DNA from: Octopus sinensis
Taxonomy: Eukaryota
Length of the DNA: 64,000 nucleotides
Assembly (NCBI RefSeq): GCF_006345805.1
Contig: NC_043002.1
Coordinates: 43,524,001-43,588,000, forward strand
Reading direction: 5' to 3'
Shown: positions 52,626-64,000 of the stretch, one piece after another
Numbering within the stretch: position 1 is the stretch's first letter
Layout of the letters: each line of letters opens with the position of its first letter
Program-made: the position numbers and the translations under genes
The notes under the pieces: generated by a model
What the model was told of the DNA's origin: nothing
Database searches by the model: none
The model's input: only the letters and a program-made list of their open reading frames with translations

Positions 52626-53229
52626 ATCTGTGGCTTTGTTCCTTATTCCTATATTAGAAATCAATCTGTGTGAAATGAGATTATCATAATGTGTCAGTAA
52701 AACATTTACCCTTACATTAAAAACGTCTATGAACCAGATGAAATACAATATCCGGTCAGAAGTAATTTATATGGGGAAACAGAAACAGTAACCATGGAAA
52801 TAAACCTCGCCATTAACGATTTGTAATATATTGAAGCATTTACGTATTGCTTTATCAAACTCAAAGTTTAGCTGAAGTTATGCCACAAACATTCATCTGA
52901 GCATTATTTCACCACAAGTATCAGTAGTATTTACATAATCTAGGATGAAGCAAAGAGACGAATGAGAACTCACTTTTACCAACATCTAGACTTCCTCTCT
53001 TGATATATTTGTTGTCAAACGGTCGAGTGAATTACATGTTTTCCCTTTCAAGAGAAATCTATTAATGTCTGGCCGACCCAATTAACGTCTATGAGATTGT
53101 AGGATCTGACATACATACATGCAAAACTTTTGTTCTCATTTTACAAAGCTGCTGCTACTGTTTACAAAGCGACTTATTCGTTATACGTCACATTTGCCAG
53201 CGTATAAGACGCACTATTTTATTTTTAAA

Positions 53230-53741
53230 CTAGCAGTATCGCCCGGCGTTACTCGGGTTTGTAAGGGAAATAACTATATAAGCATTTTTAGAGAGTTACT
53301 TCCCTTATAGATGCCAATTCGGGCTTTCTTAGCCATTTCTGTTTTGGTGTCTTCAAGCCATGAAGTCGTTGTTCTAAAAGAACGCTGGTCTCCTTGACAA
53401 CGCTTTACGACGTTGATTTCCTTACACTCCCTTCCCCACAGCTTCACGAGGGAGGGAAGAAGGGGGAGAAGCAAACAGGTGCAGGTGTGACCATGGACGC
53501 CAACTCCGCCGCCATCGACACACGAAAAATATGCATTAAAATGGAATAAAAAATGATGTTAAATTATTTTTAAAATCGTAGACTCATCGTTGACGCGCGC
53601 TAATAGTCAGACGGGCTCGATATGAATCACGACTATAAGATACCCGAATTTGGTTAAACTGCACCGCAAAATGTGGGAGTAGTTAGGAATCTAAATCGAA
53701 GGGGACAGACACTCACACAACTACAGTTTTATATATATAGA
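53230..53741 (-). mobile_element. Complete non-autonomous Helitron
   Basis: Minus strand A|TCTATATATATAAAA ... subterminal hairpin CCCGAGTAACGCCGGG ... CTAG|T: TC/CTAG termini, inserted between A and T, no TSD. Confidence 0.8.
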
Positions 53742-54145
53742 TGTACCAAACTGTTGTCTTGCGTCTAATGCAAGCAGTATTTTGGATAAGAGACCGAGTG
53801 TCGTGAACTAAGGGAGCTGGATGAGTATAAACCCACCAGATACAATAATTGTTACTAATGATAAAATATTGAAAGCAAGCCAAAATATCAGTCTGCCATC
53901 ACAAACTTACGAAACATTCCTCACGGTTCGTTATGTGGGGAGGTCACATCATTTCATTGAAGGTGTGTATCCCAGCATACATATCCTTCGCCCGATATGC
54001 GTTTTATATCATTTAATGACTATTACCTTTAAGAAACATATTCTTAATAATTTTAATGAAAAATTCTCGGTACTGCTTAAATATTGAGGGCCCTTAGCGG
54101 TACTACTTTAATTTGAGAGGTCCCGGTGCATCTAAGTAACCATAA

Positions 54146-54247
54146 AACTAACCCTGACCCTAACTAACCCTAAAACTAACCCTAACCCTAACTCTAACAC
54201 TAACCCTAACCCTAACTAACACTAACCCTAACCGTAACCCCCTAACG
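54146..54247. repeat. Degenerate (CCCTAA)n telomere-like tract
   Basis: taaccctaaccctaac units with variants, ~100 bp. Confidence 0.8.
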
Positions 54248-55204
54248 AGTGTGCACTGTAAAACATATCGTTATGTACATCCATCAGGACCTGTTTTTAA
54301 GTGGGATCTCTACATATAAGTAGTGCCAAACTCACTCCTAATCTGTCAGCAATTTGCAATGTGCAGATGACCGATTACGGTTACATAAAATATGATAAAG
54401 AAATATGAGTTTTACTGCCGATGTGTCAACTGTCTTGACTAAAATACAAACAACTATACAGTTGACCTGAAAGAAGATAAGTTGAAATACAGTCACAACA
54501 TATACTCTCGTAAAGTATCACGACGAATGCACAACGTATATTGTCACAACATTGTATTTTACATGCAATGAATCACATATTTCCCTTACAAAACTACTTA
54601 CAAAAACTTTCAACACGACAATAACGAAACATACTTATTTGTGTTTTGTCCCACAAAATATACTTGTAAAATTGGAATGAGTTTTAAAGGCTGACAAACA
54701 CTGCTAAGTAGAATGTATTCTCTAAATATTTAAGTGTCCTAGATACAAACTCACTGTTTTTGCAACTTGATCATACCCGTTCAGCGTCTGTCAGATAGTG
54801 AAATTGCTTTTCTTATGTAATCATTATTTTCTTCTTTTTTTTTTCTTTTTTTTTTTAGAAAATATTAATATTTTCTGCCTCAGCCACAATGTATATAATA
54901 TGATTGTATATTTTAAGTGGCTTCCCATAGCTTTTCCTCCAAGTATAAATGGAAACTAAGAGTTTAGAGGGAAGAGTAATGTTACTTCTACAATAAGAAG
55001 ACAAAATATTTTCGCACAGACACAAGTCCATTCACAAATGTACATCGCCACACAGAACAAGGATGCGCGCACACACATACGCTAACATATTTAATCCATC
55101 CATCTTCGACGCATATTATTCCTAGAAGGATCGTCTTCAGGTACCTCCTCCACGGGGCCTTATCAGAGGTGTAACAAACTGAAACAATTCCTTTATTCTA
55201 TTAT

Positions 55205-55852
55205 TATTTTACTTGTTTCAATCATTTGACTGCGACCATGCTGGAGCACCACCTGAAGGGTTTTTTTAGTTAAAGAAATCGACCAGAGAACTTATTCTTT
55301 GTAAGCCTAGTATTTATTCTATCGGTATCCTTTGCCGAGCTGCTTATGTTACGGCGACGGAAACACACCAACATCGGTTGTCAAGTGATGGGGGGGGGGA
55401 CAAGCGCAGACACAAAGACATACAAACATAAATATATCACGTGATCACGTGACTGACCAGGCTATCAGATGTTGCTACGCATCGCTGGTCACAATGCGCT
55501 TCGCATTGTTTTGGCCTTCAAATGACGCCACCCCACTGGCTAAGCGAGCTGGCCAACAGAAGAAAGAATGAGAGAAAGTTGCGGTGAAAGAGTACAGCAG
55601 GGATCGCCACCACACCCTGCCGGAGCCTCGTGGGGCTTTAGGTGTTTTCGCTCAATAAATACTCACAACGCCCGGTTTGGGAATCGAAACCGCGACCCTA
55701 CGACCGCGAGTTCGCTGCCCCAACCATATATACGACGGGCTTCTTTAGTTTCCATCTACCAAATCTACTCACGAGGCCTTGGTCGACTCGAGGCACTTGG
55801 CCAAGGTGTCACCCGGAACGATGTGGTTGGGAAGCAAGCTTCTTACCACATA
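55205..55852 (-). mobile_element. SINE family B interrupted by a family C SINE
   Basis: B tail at 55205-55435; B head at ~55725-55852. Confidence 0.75.
55436..55724 (-). mobile_element. tRNA-Arg-like SINE family C
   Basis: Head and body shared with 9245-9435; the 3' tail differs. Confidence 0.85.
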
Positions 55853-55869
55853 ACCTATGCAACCGTTTC

Positions 55870-56170
55870 GTTCTTGGTTTACGTCTAGGTTTCCTATCGG
55901 TTGGCTAGGCTCGAAGAATTAGTCTTGAGATACTTTTCTGCGACTTTCTAATAACGTGTCCATAGTAGCGGAGCTGTAACCTCTCAAAGCGGAGAAGTAG
56001 CGGCTCCACCCTGAGAGACCACCTGATCTCCGAGATACGCACCCTGTCGCGTAACGTTACTACAGAGATCCTCCAGAAGAACATCATTCCAGTCATTTGT
56101 ATTCACGATCGTATTCTTTCGGTCATTACCTAACATTCAAGACCATAATCGAGGATAGGTACGAAACCGG
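55870..56170 (-). mobile_element. RTE-clade LINE fragment
   Basis: RISVVTLRDRVRISEIRWSLRVEPLLLRFERLQLRYYGHVIR matches the RTE ORF C-terminal RDRVRN.EIR..QLRW.GHV.R motif. Confidence 0.75.
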
Positions 56171-56409
56171 AATTGAAGTTCTTGTTTAGTTGAAGAATCA
56201 CTGTACCTAAATTTTGCTTGAGAATTATCTTTCAAAATTTATCAGGAATACATCTTTAAAGTAGGAATCCTTTCGTCACATAAACAATGTTTCCAACTAT
56301 ATAACTTAATAAATGTAGACAGATTTTTTCTCTCTTTTTTTATAAGCATTCAAAACGTATATAAATATGTTACTCACAAAATTTTATTGTAATAGTTTTG
56401 CTTCGAATA

Positions 56410-56670
56410 AAGTAGCAGAGTCGTCAGCACGCCGGGCGAAATTCTTTGCAGTATTTCGTCCGTCTTTAGATTCTGAGTTCAAATACCATCGAGGTCGACT
56501 TTGCCTTTCATCCTTTCGGGGTCGGTAAAACAAAGAACCAGTTAAGCGTTGGGTTCGATGTAGTCGTCCCCCTACATGGCCTTGCTATTTGCTTTTGAGC
56601 CAAATTAACTAACTAACTAACTAACTAACTAATTCAACCCCTCCTTCGAAATTGCTGGCCTTCTGCTAAA
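56410..56670 (+). mobile_element. SINE family A, diverged
   Basis: agcacgccgggcgaaat..ttctgagttcaaat..gaggtcgactttgcctttcatcctttcggggtcg. Confidence 0.8.
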
Positions 56671-57813
56671 TTCTGCAAAGCATTCTCTCCAGGGTGCTAC
56701 TGATTATTGCCAGCACGTCACCTAAATATTACTAAATTATCTTTTCTATCATAGATTCAAAGCCTGAAATATTGGAGCGGAAGAGGCAAGTCAGTTACAT
56801 CGCCCCTAGTACTCAGCTGGTACTTATTTTAGTGACTGCGAATGAGACTAAATAACGACATCTACTGATATCCGCAAACACTAGTTTCACACACGATATA
56901 AATGTAGTTGTAGGAATGCAACAACAAAAAAAAAAAACCAGCGACTTGAAGCATTCTAAGAATTACAGAATTCCGCATTTCCGAAAATATTACTGTAACA
57001 CGAAACCTATTTTTCAGTCGATTGCCATCATATAAATTGAGATGCGTCCCCAAAGAATCTCTTTGACAACACACAAAAAAAAATAGTGCAAGTAATAAAA
57101 CCTCCGATCCTCTTTTTGGAACCCCCACCCCACTGTACGGCGCGCTTTGCATCATCTAGAAACGGCACAGAAAGACTGAGTTCAAGCTTTCTTTTCAAGT
57201 CACTCACATTGCTATTTCTACCGAAGAAAACATGGATACCAAAATATTCATTTCTTTCCCTCTACAATAAACTGTTTTGGTATCTATTTAAGAAACCACT
57301 GTACAAGTGGGCTGAACTATTAAGAAAGGTCTCTGTCATGTGCACAAAGCGATGATAGGATATGTACCATAAGCTTTTCGACCGACCGATTCACCTTGTA
57401 AATTAAAATGCTTCAATATATTTTTGTATCCGATTTCATCGTATTCTTTCCCATAAACAAATCTCGAACTTAAGAGTTTAACCTTTCACCCCACTGAAAT
57501 TTAATGCTATGGTTGAGTCAATCAACTGATTACATTCGACTCCCACTAAGTATATATATTTCATGCAGTTAACGTTACACAAAGATTGGAGTTCAAACAA
57601 TGGCTATATCGAATCTCAGCATGTTGAAAAAGTACAAGCTACAGTCATTACATTACGTTTAGAGATGACAATGGACTAACAGTAACCAGTGTAAAATAAA
57701 TAGAATCATTCAATATTGCAAATGTGGCCCACTGTGTGGCACTTTCGGGAGGTTTTTCCCACTGTAGCCCCGGGCCGAAGCTTTGTGAGTGAATTTGGCA
57801 GACAGAAACTAAA

Positions 57814-58411
57814 AGGCAGTGAGCTGGCAGAAACGTTAGCACGCCGGGCGAAATGCGTAGCCATATTTCGTCTGCCGCTGCGTTCTGAGTTCAAATTCCG
57901 CCGAGGTCGACTTTGCCTTTCATCCTTTCGGGGTCGATAAATTAAGTACCAGTTACGTACTGGAGTCGATATAATCGACTTAATCCGTTTGTCTGTCCTT
58001 GTTTGTCCTCTTTGTGTTTAGCTCCTTAAGGGTAGTAAAGAAATAGGTATATTGTCTGCGTTACGTTCTGAGTTCAAATTCCGCCGAGGACGACTTTGCC
58101 TTTCATCCTTTCGAGGTCGATTAAATAAGTACCAGTTACGCACTGGAGTCGATATAATCGACTTAATCCGTTTGTCTGTCCTTGTTTGTCCTCTCTGTGT
58201 TCAGCCTCTTGTGGGTAGTAAAGAAATATGTATTTCTCCCGTCTCTACGTTCTGAGTTCAAATTCCGCCGAGGTCGACTTTGCCTTTCATATTTTCGGGG
58301 TCGATTAAATAAGTACCAGTTACGCATTGGGGTCGATATAATCGACTTAATCCGTTTGTCTGTCCTTGTTTGTCTCTTCTGTGAGTAGCCTCTTGTGGGC
58401 AGTAAAGAAAT
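57814..58411 (+). mobile_element. SINE family A, trimeric array inserted in a family B copy
   Basis: Head plus three ~182-bp units ending gtaaagaaat; flanked by family B sequence (57725-57813, 58412-58435). Confidence 0.88.
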
Positions 58412-58476
58412 TAGAAACAGAAAGAAGTCCCTCATATATATATATACATATTCACACACGCACACATATATATATA

Positions 58477-58650
58477 TTTCTTTACTACCCATAAGGGGCT
58501 AAACACAGAGGGGACAAACAAGGACAGACAAACGGATTAAGTCGATTACATCGACCCCAGTGCGTAACTCGTACTTAATTTATCGACCCCGAAAGGATGA
58601 AAGGCAAAGTCGACCTCGGCGGAATTTGAACCCAGAACGTAACGGCAGAC
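58477..58650 (-). mobile_element. SINE family A unit in inverted orientation next to the trimer
   Basis: Reverse complement of the repeating unit; lacks the head. Confidence 0.88.
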
Positions 58651-58672
58651 GCACACATATATATAGGACATC

Positions 58673-58764
58673 TTCCTCATGAAGGAGACATTACTTATAA
58701 GGATGAGTTAAACTTTTGAGCTTTATTTCTTTACTGAAAATGTAGTCCAGAAACGGCCGTCGAA
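58673..58764 (+). ncRNA. Degenerate type I HHR with long stem II
   Basis: ttc-CTCATGA (G5->C)-agga.acatt..aatgt.gtcc.a-GAAA-CGGCCG-TC-gaa; palindromic stem III ACGGCCGT, GUC site. Confidence 0.55.
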
Positions 58765-59089
58765 TGGACTTCCTCTAATAACGGGACTTTTACATTAATT
58801 GTAAATTTTTGATTTGTTCTAGTCATGTACTTATTTGCTCTCTGAACTGTCTTAGCTTTTTTGCTGTTCGATGACTTAGACGCCTTCCTACTTCTATATT
58901 TGTTGTATTTATCATTATTTTCAATCTCTATTATATTTCTGTTAACGTGTTCTCTTTCGTTTGCACTCACCGTATTTACACCTCGCGTATTTTTAGGTTT
59001 TTTCATTTATATTTTAATTTATATATTTATATGTTTTTATATATATATATAGATTTGTATTGAACTGTATAAATATGTATTAATGTGAA

Positions 59090-59262
59090 AGCGGCGAACT
59101 GGCAGAAATGTTAGCACGCCGGGCGAAATTCCGCCGAGGTCGACTCTGCCATTCAACCTTTCGAGGTCGATAAATTAAGTGCCAGTTGCGTACTGTGGTC
59201 GATCTAATCGACTGGCCCCCTACCAAAAATTTCGGCTCTTATGACTAGAGTAGAAAAGAATA
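59090..59262 (+). mobile_element. SINE family A with internal deletion
   Basis: Head joined to aaattccgccgaggtcgac; same short tail variant as 4332-4535. Confidence 0.8.
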
Positions 59263-59335
59263 TGCATTAATGTACATGTATTTTTGAAAATTTTAAACCT
59301 ATGTGTTTTCCGTTTGGGAATTTGCGGGTTTAATA

Positions 59336-59373
<38 letters not shown>

Positions 59374-59374
59374 C

Positions 59375-59535
59375 ATATACGATGGGCTTCTTTCAGTTTC
59401 CGCCTACCAAATCTACTCACAAAGCTTTGGTCGGCCCCGGGCTATAGCAGAAGACACTTGCCCATAATGTCATGAAGTGGGACTGACTGAACTCGGAACC
59501 ATGTGACTGGGATGATCACTTCTCACCACGCAGTC
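59375..59535 (-). mobile_element. SINE family B, 5' half
   Basis: gggcttctttcagtttccg.ctaccaaatc.actcacaaagctttggtcggccc..gaagacacttgccc. Confidence 0.8.
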
Positions 59536-59567
<32 letters not shown>

Positions 59568-59609
59568 TCTTTCGTGTTCGTGGTTGTCTGCCACCACCGC
59601 GCCTGAGAA

Positions 59610-60140
59610 GGCGCGTGGCTTAGTGGTTAGGGTGTCAGCACCATGATCGTAAGATGGTGGTTTCGATTCCTGGACCGGGCGACGCGTTGTGTTCTTGAGC
59701 AAAACACTTCATTTCACGTTGCTCCAGTCCGTTCAGCTGGCAAAAATGAGTAACGCTGCCATGGACACATACGCCATAGAAACCAGGAAACCGGGCCCAT
59801 GAGCCTGGTTAGGGTTTAAAAGGGCGCATTTATTTGTGGAGGCACATGGCCTAGTGGTTAGAGCAGCGGACTCGCGGTCGAGGGATCACAGGTTCGAATC
59901 TCAGACCGGGCGATGTGTGTGTTTATGAGCGAAATACCTAAGCTCCACGCCGCTCGGCAGAAAGTAATGGCGAACTCCTGCTGACTCTTTTACAACTTTC
60001 TCTCGCTCTTTCCTCCTGCATCTTGCAGCTCACCTGCGACGGAGTGGCGTCCCGTCCAGGTGGGGAACCTATACGCCAAGGAAACCAGAAACCGACCCTA
60101 ATGAGCCAGGCATGGCTCGAGAAGACACAAAAAGAAAACA
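59610..60140 (+). mobile_element. Two adjacent tRNA-derived SINEs (CORE-like copy 59610-59830; family C copy 59836-60140) nested in a family B tail
   Basis: A boxes TGGCTTAGTGG and TGGCCTAGTGG, B boxes GTTTCGATTCC and GTTCGAATC; both end in a gaaacc.g.aaacc..ccc..atgagcc tail. Confidence 0.8.
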
Positions 60141-61169
60141 CCCCGCCTGAAAACGATATTTGTTTGTTTATGTCCTAGTTAACCACCGGTTCGACAAAAG
60201 AGATCGATAGAATTAGTACCAGGTTTAAAAGTAAGTACTGGGTGTGGAGGTTGTTCCATTCAACAAACCCTGTCAAGTAAAAGCTAAAAGTCTTTGTTAG
60301 ATTTCTTATGGTTTCAAGTGTTTCTTCATAAGTATTTCTGCTTAAATATAGGTCAGCTCTATTGAAGGAGACGAAGAGGGGAAAATACTCAGAACCAAAA
60401 ACATATCAGCAGCTATCATATTATAATACTTTGCCAAATATTAAGAAGCTACGATAAATTCTTTGGATAATTGTCTGTAGGAAAACAGAAAAGCATTTTT
60501 AACTCTTTTTCATGGCATTTACCATATATGAAAAGAAGGAAATTAGAAAAATAGATGTTAAGATCAGAAGTAATTTCATCCACTCGGTATGGAAATGATG
60601 TATTTACTAGAGAAATGAAATGATAGGCAATCCTGTAGATTTTAATTTGTTGTTTTTCGTTTTCTTCTATCGTTATTGGATAGGCATTTTATTGCGTTTT
60701 AGCAGTCTTGCTGCAGCTATCTGTATTTTTTCTGAGTAATAAGGTCAAAAGTATAATACTAGAAATAGGAATTCCTGTACAGACATACTACGTGTTACGT
60801 AACCTTGCACCTATTTCGGGATGCAGTCGGTAATTTTGCTCTTAAGGAAACAGATAAATTTTGAGAAATTAAAAATTACACTTTCTTCCGAGCCAAACGG
60901 TCAATTATCGGCAAGTAAACAATTTATAAAATTATAATCCTGATACGTAATACACACACACGCACGCGTACGTACACACACACACACACACACATTTATA
61001 TATGTTGCTGTTGTGTATTTGTGTGTGTGTGTATGCACGCACACGCGTAAGTTTTTTTGTTTACCTTCGGAGAGTGAAGTGCAATTTTTCATTGTGAATA
61101 TTTAAGTGTGTTTGTGTATATTTTCTAGCCGCAAAAGTATCTATCTATCTAGCTATCTATCTATCTACA

Positions 61170-61239
<70 letters not shown>

Positions 61240-61289
61240 AAATAAGACAAAGTAGAAAAAGCTAAAATAATTTTATCGTGAAGTACATT

Positions 61290-61327
61290 TTAGTACAGGT
61301 TTCCGTCTTTTAGACTTTTTCAACTAA
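61290..61327 (-). ncRNA. U3:A8-type minimal HHR-like motif (degenerate)
   Basis: ttag-TTGAAAA-A-GTC taaaa GAC-G-GAAA-CCTG-TA-ctaa; stem III is one change from ACCGGT. Confidence 0.5.
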
Positions 61328-61391
61328 GTGTAATGTTTTGTAGATATTTCCATAATCTTTAAATAGTTAAATATTTCCATAGTCTTTAGAT

Positions 61392-61439
<48 letters not shown>

Positions 61440-61549
61440 ATTCTTTTGTGAATGCCTCGCAAGTGAGTAGTAGTAAATCTGAAGGAATAGTTTAGGAACA
61501 AAGAGTTGATGATTTAAGCAGGAGCAGCCAAGGGAAGAGAAGAAGAAGA

Positions 61550-62600
61550 ATGTTTATGTCAAGTCCATTCAGAAGTGCTTGAAATTCCTTAAGTCTTTCT
61601 ATACCTTCGTGCCAAAGAATGAAAAAGTCATCTAGATATCTTTTCCAATTATTTTCTATGTACAGGGAGAATGGGTTTCCGTATTTTTCTAGGTACTCCA
61701 TGACTAGTTTAGCAAAGAAGAGGCAGGGGCATTCGCGTGCCTATGGCAGTCTCCAATTTCCGTTGATAGAAGTTGTCATTAAATACGAAGAAGTTATTCT
61801 CCAAGATGAATTTTAGCCCTTCTATTACGAATTCTTTGTTGATGCGATGTGGGAGTTCATTGGAGTAATTCTCTAGCCAGAATTGGATTGCCTCTATTCC
61901 TAAGCTTTGAGGGATATTGGAATAGAAGTTGACTACATCAAAGGACACTAGTAGGGTGTTTTCATTTTTTGTTTCAGGGAGGTGATTGATCGTATCTAGG
62001 TCGTCCCTTATGTAGCTTTTTATATGCTTGAAGAATGGTTTTAAGAGGATGTCTAAAAAGTTACTGAGGCGGTGAGTTTCGCATGCTGGGCCTGCTATTA
62101 TGGGTCTTAATTTGAGGTCATTTAGAGTAGGTACCTTGACTATTATGTCTGTGACTCACCTGTATGCGTTACTTACTTATTCACTTTTGTGTGTCTTAAG
62201 AATACCGTAGAATTGACTGGATTTACTAATGAAGTTAGTCATGTAGTCGTATTCCTTCTCGATGAGCCCTTCTCTGTAAAGGCTTAACATTATTTTTAGT
62301 TTCTTATTTTCTGCGGACTGTAGTGTTGTACTTTTTCATAATATGTTGTGTCTTCTCATATGGATAGTACTAAGGTTGTATAATATAACATGTCCATTAA
62401 TATAATATAACATGTCCATTATTTTCTACAGAATTCCGCAACGCCTTCTTCTATTTCATTGCAGCTGGGGCGTTGGGGTGGGTGTAAATTTGAGCCCTTT
62501 GGAGAGTATTTTGATTTGGTCTGGTGTTAGTTCTTTGTGGTTTAGATTGATGATGGTTTCTCCTGTCTGCCTGATGTTATCTCGTATCCCTGTGTTTGCG
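61550..62600 (-). pseudogene. PLE reverse transcriptase (frameshifted)
   Basis: RT motifs listed above, including the catalytic RYLDD, spread over several frames. Confidence 0.88.
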
Positions 62601-62873
62601 TGCTGGGTCTAAAAAATGATTGAGGTGAATGGAACGGTTGCTGTTATGTAGCTGTCCCCTATCGTTGTAGGGTGCTCTGTTGTGATTTATGGTGCGAGTT
62701 CTTGGATGGCGATTGTAAAATATTTCTCTATATCCCATGTTCGATGTTGGATGGTGATTGAAAAGTGTGTCCCTATATCTCATGTTTGGATATGGTGCTT
62801 TAGTGGGCCGTCGTTGATAATAATTTCTTGTGGTATGGCGTATTTAAATATTTAAGATTTTTAATATTTAATT

Positions 62874-62968
62874 GTTATCACTGATGAGTTCCAAATGGCG
62901 ATATATAATAATATGCATTACTTTTATTGAAATATGGTTTTTGCGACAGAAACAGCTGTCTGACTAAC
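62874..62968 (+). ncRNA. Type I HHR with long stem II
   Basis: gtta-tca-CTGATGA-gtt..(~60 nt)..gac.a-GAAA-CAGCTG-TC-tga.taac; palindromic stem III ACAGCTGT, GUC site; base of stem II is imperfect. Confidence 0.65.
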
Positions 62969-63179
62969 TTAAATAAATAATCCATATTAGCATCAAAACC
63001 TTTTCTATTTATTTGATCACATTTATTGAACGGTGTCTAATAAACTGATTCTTATAATTATATTATTTTTATATATTCATACGGAAATGAAAGGAATTCC
63101 TTAAATAAAGTATGATAAAAAAAAACTTTGGAAACCTTAGGAACAATGCTCTAAACTGAAGAAGTATTTTCATACGGAA

Positions 63180-63213
<34 letters not shown>

Positions 63214-63229
63214 CGCGCGCGCGCACGCG

Positions 63230-64000
63230 CAGGGTATTCGGGTTAAATTTTACTGCATGCATAAAAGTAAAAGGAAACACAATATCACATCCAAATAAAA
63301 GTAATTAAAAAAATTTCTAAAACCAACTAGATTAAGGCTGAAAAATAACAGTTTATTCAAAATAGCCGCCCCCGGCTTCCTCCTCAGCCTCAGGACACTC
63401 CAGAAACCGCTGCGTACGTTCCTCACTGTGTTTCTGAGATTTTCGAACGCGTCCTTGACCTTGACTACCAGCTCGGTCTTGGTGTTGCAGGCAGAGCAGT
63501 TGGTGTCTTCCTCAACTGCGCCCTACACGTAGTAATCCATGGGGTTACAATCAAGGAAAATAGGAGGTTAGACACTGGGGCTGATGAAATCATAGAAATT
63601 TTCGAACCACTTCTGACTCCTTCTGGGCGTATGGTAAGGAGCTGAATCCTGCTGCCACACATGTGACATTTCAGCAGCAACCCCCTCCAGCCAGAGTTTC
63701 ACCACAGTCTCGAACATCTTCACATAACCGTCTGAATTGAGCGTAGGGCTTGGTTCAAAGCTGTAGGGCGGCATGATGTCAAACTCACTAGAGATACACC
63801 CAAAGACCATCAGGAAACTTAGTTTTCGTGATATGTGGTATATCACATGGATTGTAGACAAGTCACCTGTTATTTTGGGGTTTGTGCAAATGGTCTTGGC
63901 AGAAGTTCTTTTCATCTGTGAAGAACCGGATCATCTTCGGCTCCATAAGATGCCTCAGCTTGTTCAGGAGTTGCTTTGCCTTCGTCAACAGATTCTCTAT
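63230..64000 (-). mobile_element. Tc1/mariner (maT/DD37D-like) transposon remnant running off the window
   Basis: FFTDEK..MVFGCISSEFDIMPP..VWQQDSAPYHT..DCNPMDYYV..EAGGGYFE; terminal CAGGGTATTCGG at ~63230. Confidence 0.85.

Larger units (their letters stand above)
61240..63060 (-). mobile_element. Penelope-like element (Neptune-type RT), internally deleted
   Basis: Minus-strand IINLNHKELT..ILSKGLKFTPTP; FYGILKTHK; LRPIIAGPACETHRLSNFLDILLKPF; SFDVVNFYSNIP; ILENNFF.FND.FY; WKRYLDDFF. The endonuclease is missing. HHR-like motifs lie at both ends in opposite orientations. Flanked by microsatellites. Confidence 0.85.

Noticed and set aside
53821-54087. ORF with YVGRSHH..SIHI as the next transporter exon
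   Set aside because: Poor match to the expected YVA.REGH..LSYI..TP motif and no suitable splice sites.

Overview
AT-rich, microsatellite-dense eukaryotic DNA. The repeat families look like those of a coleoid cephalopod (Octopus-like); this is inference, not a database result. The window lies inside one + strand gene. Three exons of an SLC7 L-type/b(0,+)AT (SLC7A9-like) amino-acid transporter (671-715, 17619-17742, 31294-31397; 45/124/104 bp) splice in frame, and I found no further exon in the remaining ~32 kb. The introns are filled with nested mobile DNA: three tRNA-derived SINE families, CR1-like and RTE LINE remnants, Tc1/mariner and pogo/Tigger remnants and MITEs, non-autonomous Helitrons, and several Penelope-like elements (PLEs). 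The most striking signal is about 15 type I hammerhead-ribozyme (HHR) motifs, intact or degenerate, mostly in small elements inserted in (TA)n tracts, often with inverted ends. Three stand out: a 352-nt highly structured retrozyme-like monomer (16.6-17.3 kb) with a diverged, structure-conserving relative at 42.7 kb; a tRNA-promoter element carrying an HHR (5.0-5.3 kb); and a young PLE with a U3:A8 variant HHR in ~575-bp inverted arms. Almost all ORFs in the supplied track are microsatellite artefacts or transposon debris. Structures were folded by eye and many repeat boundaries are approximate.
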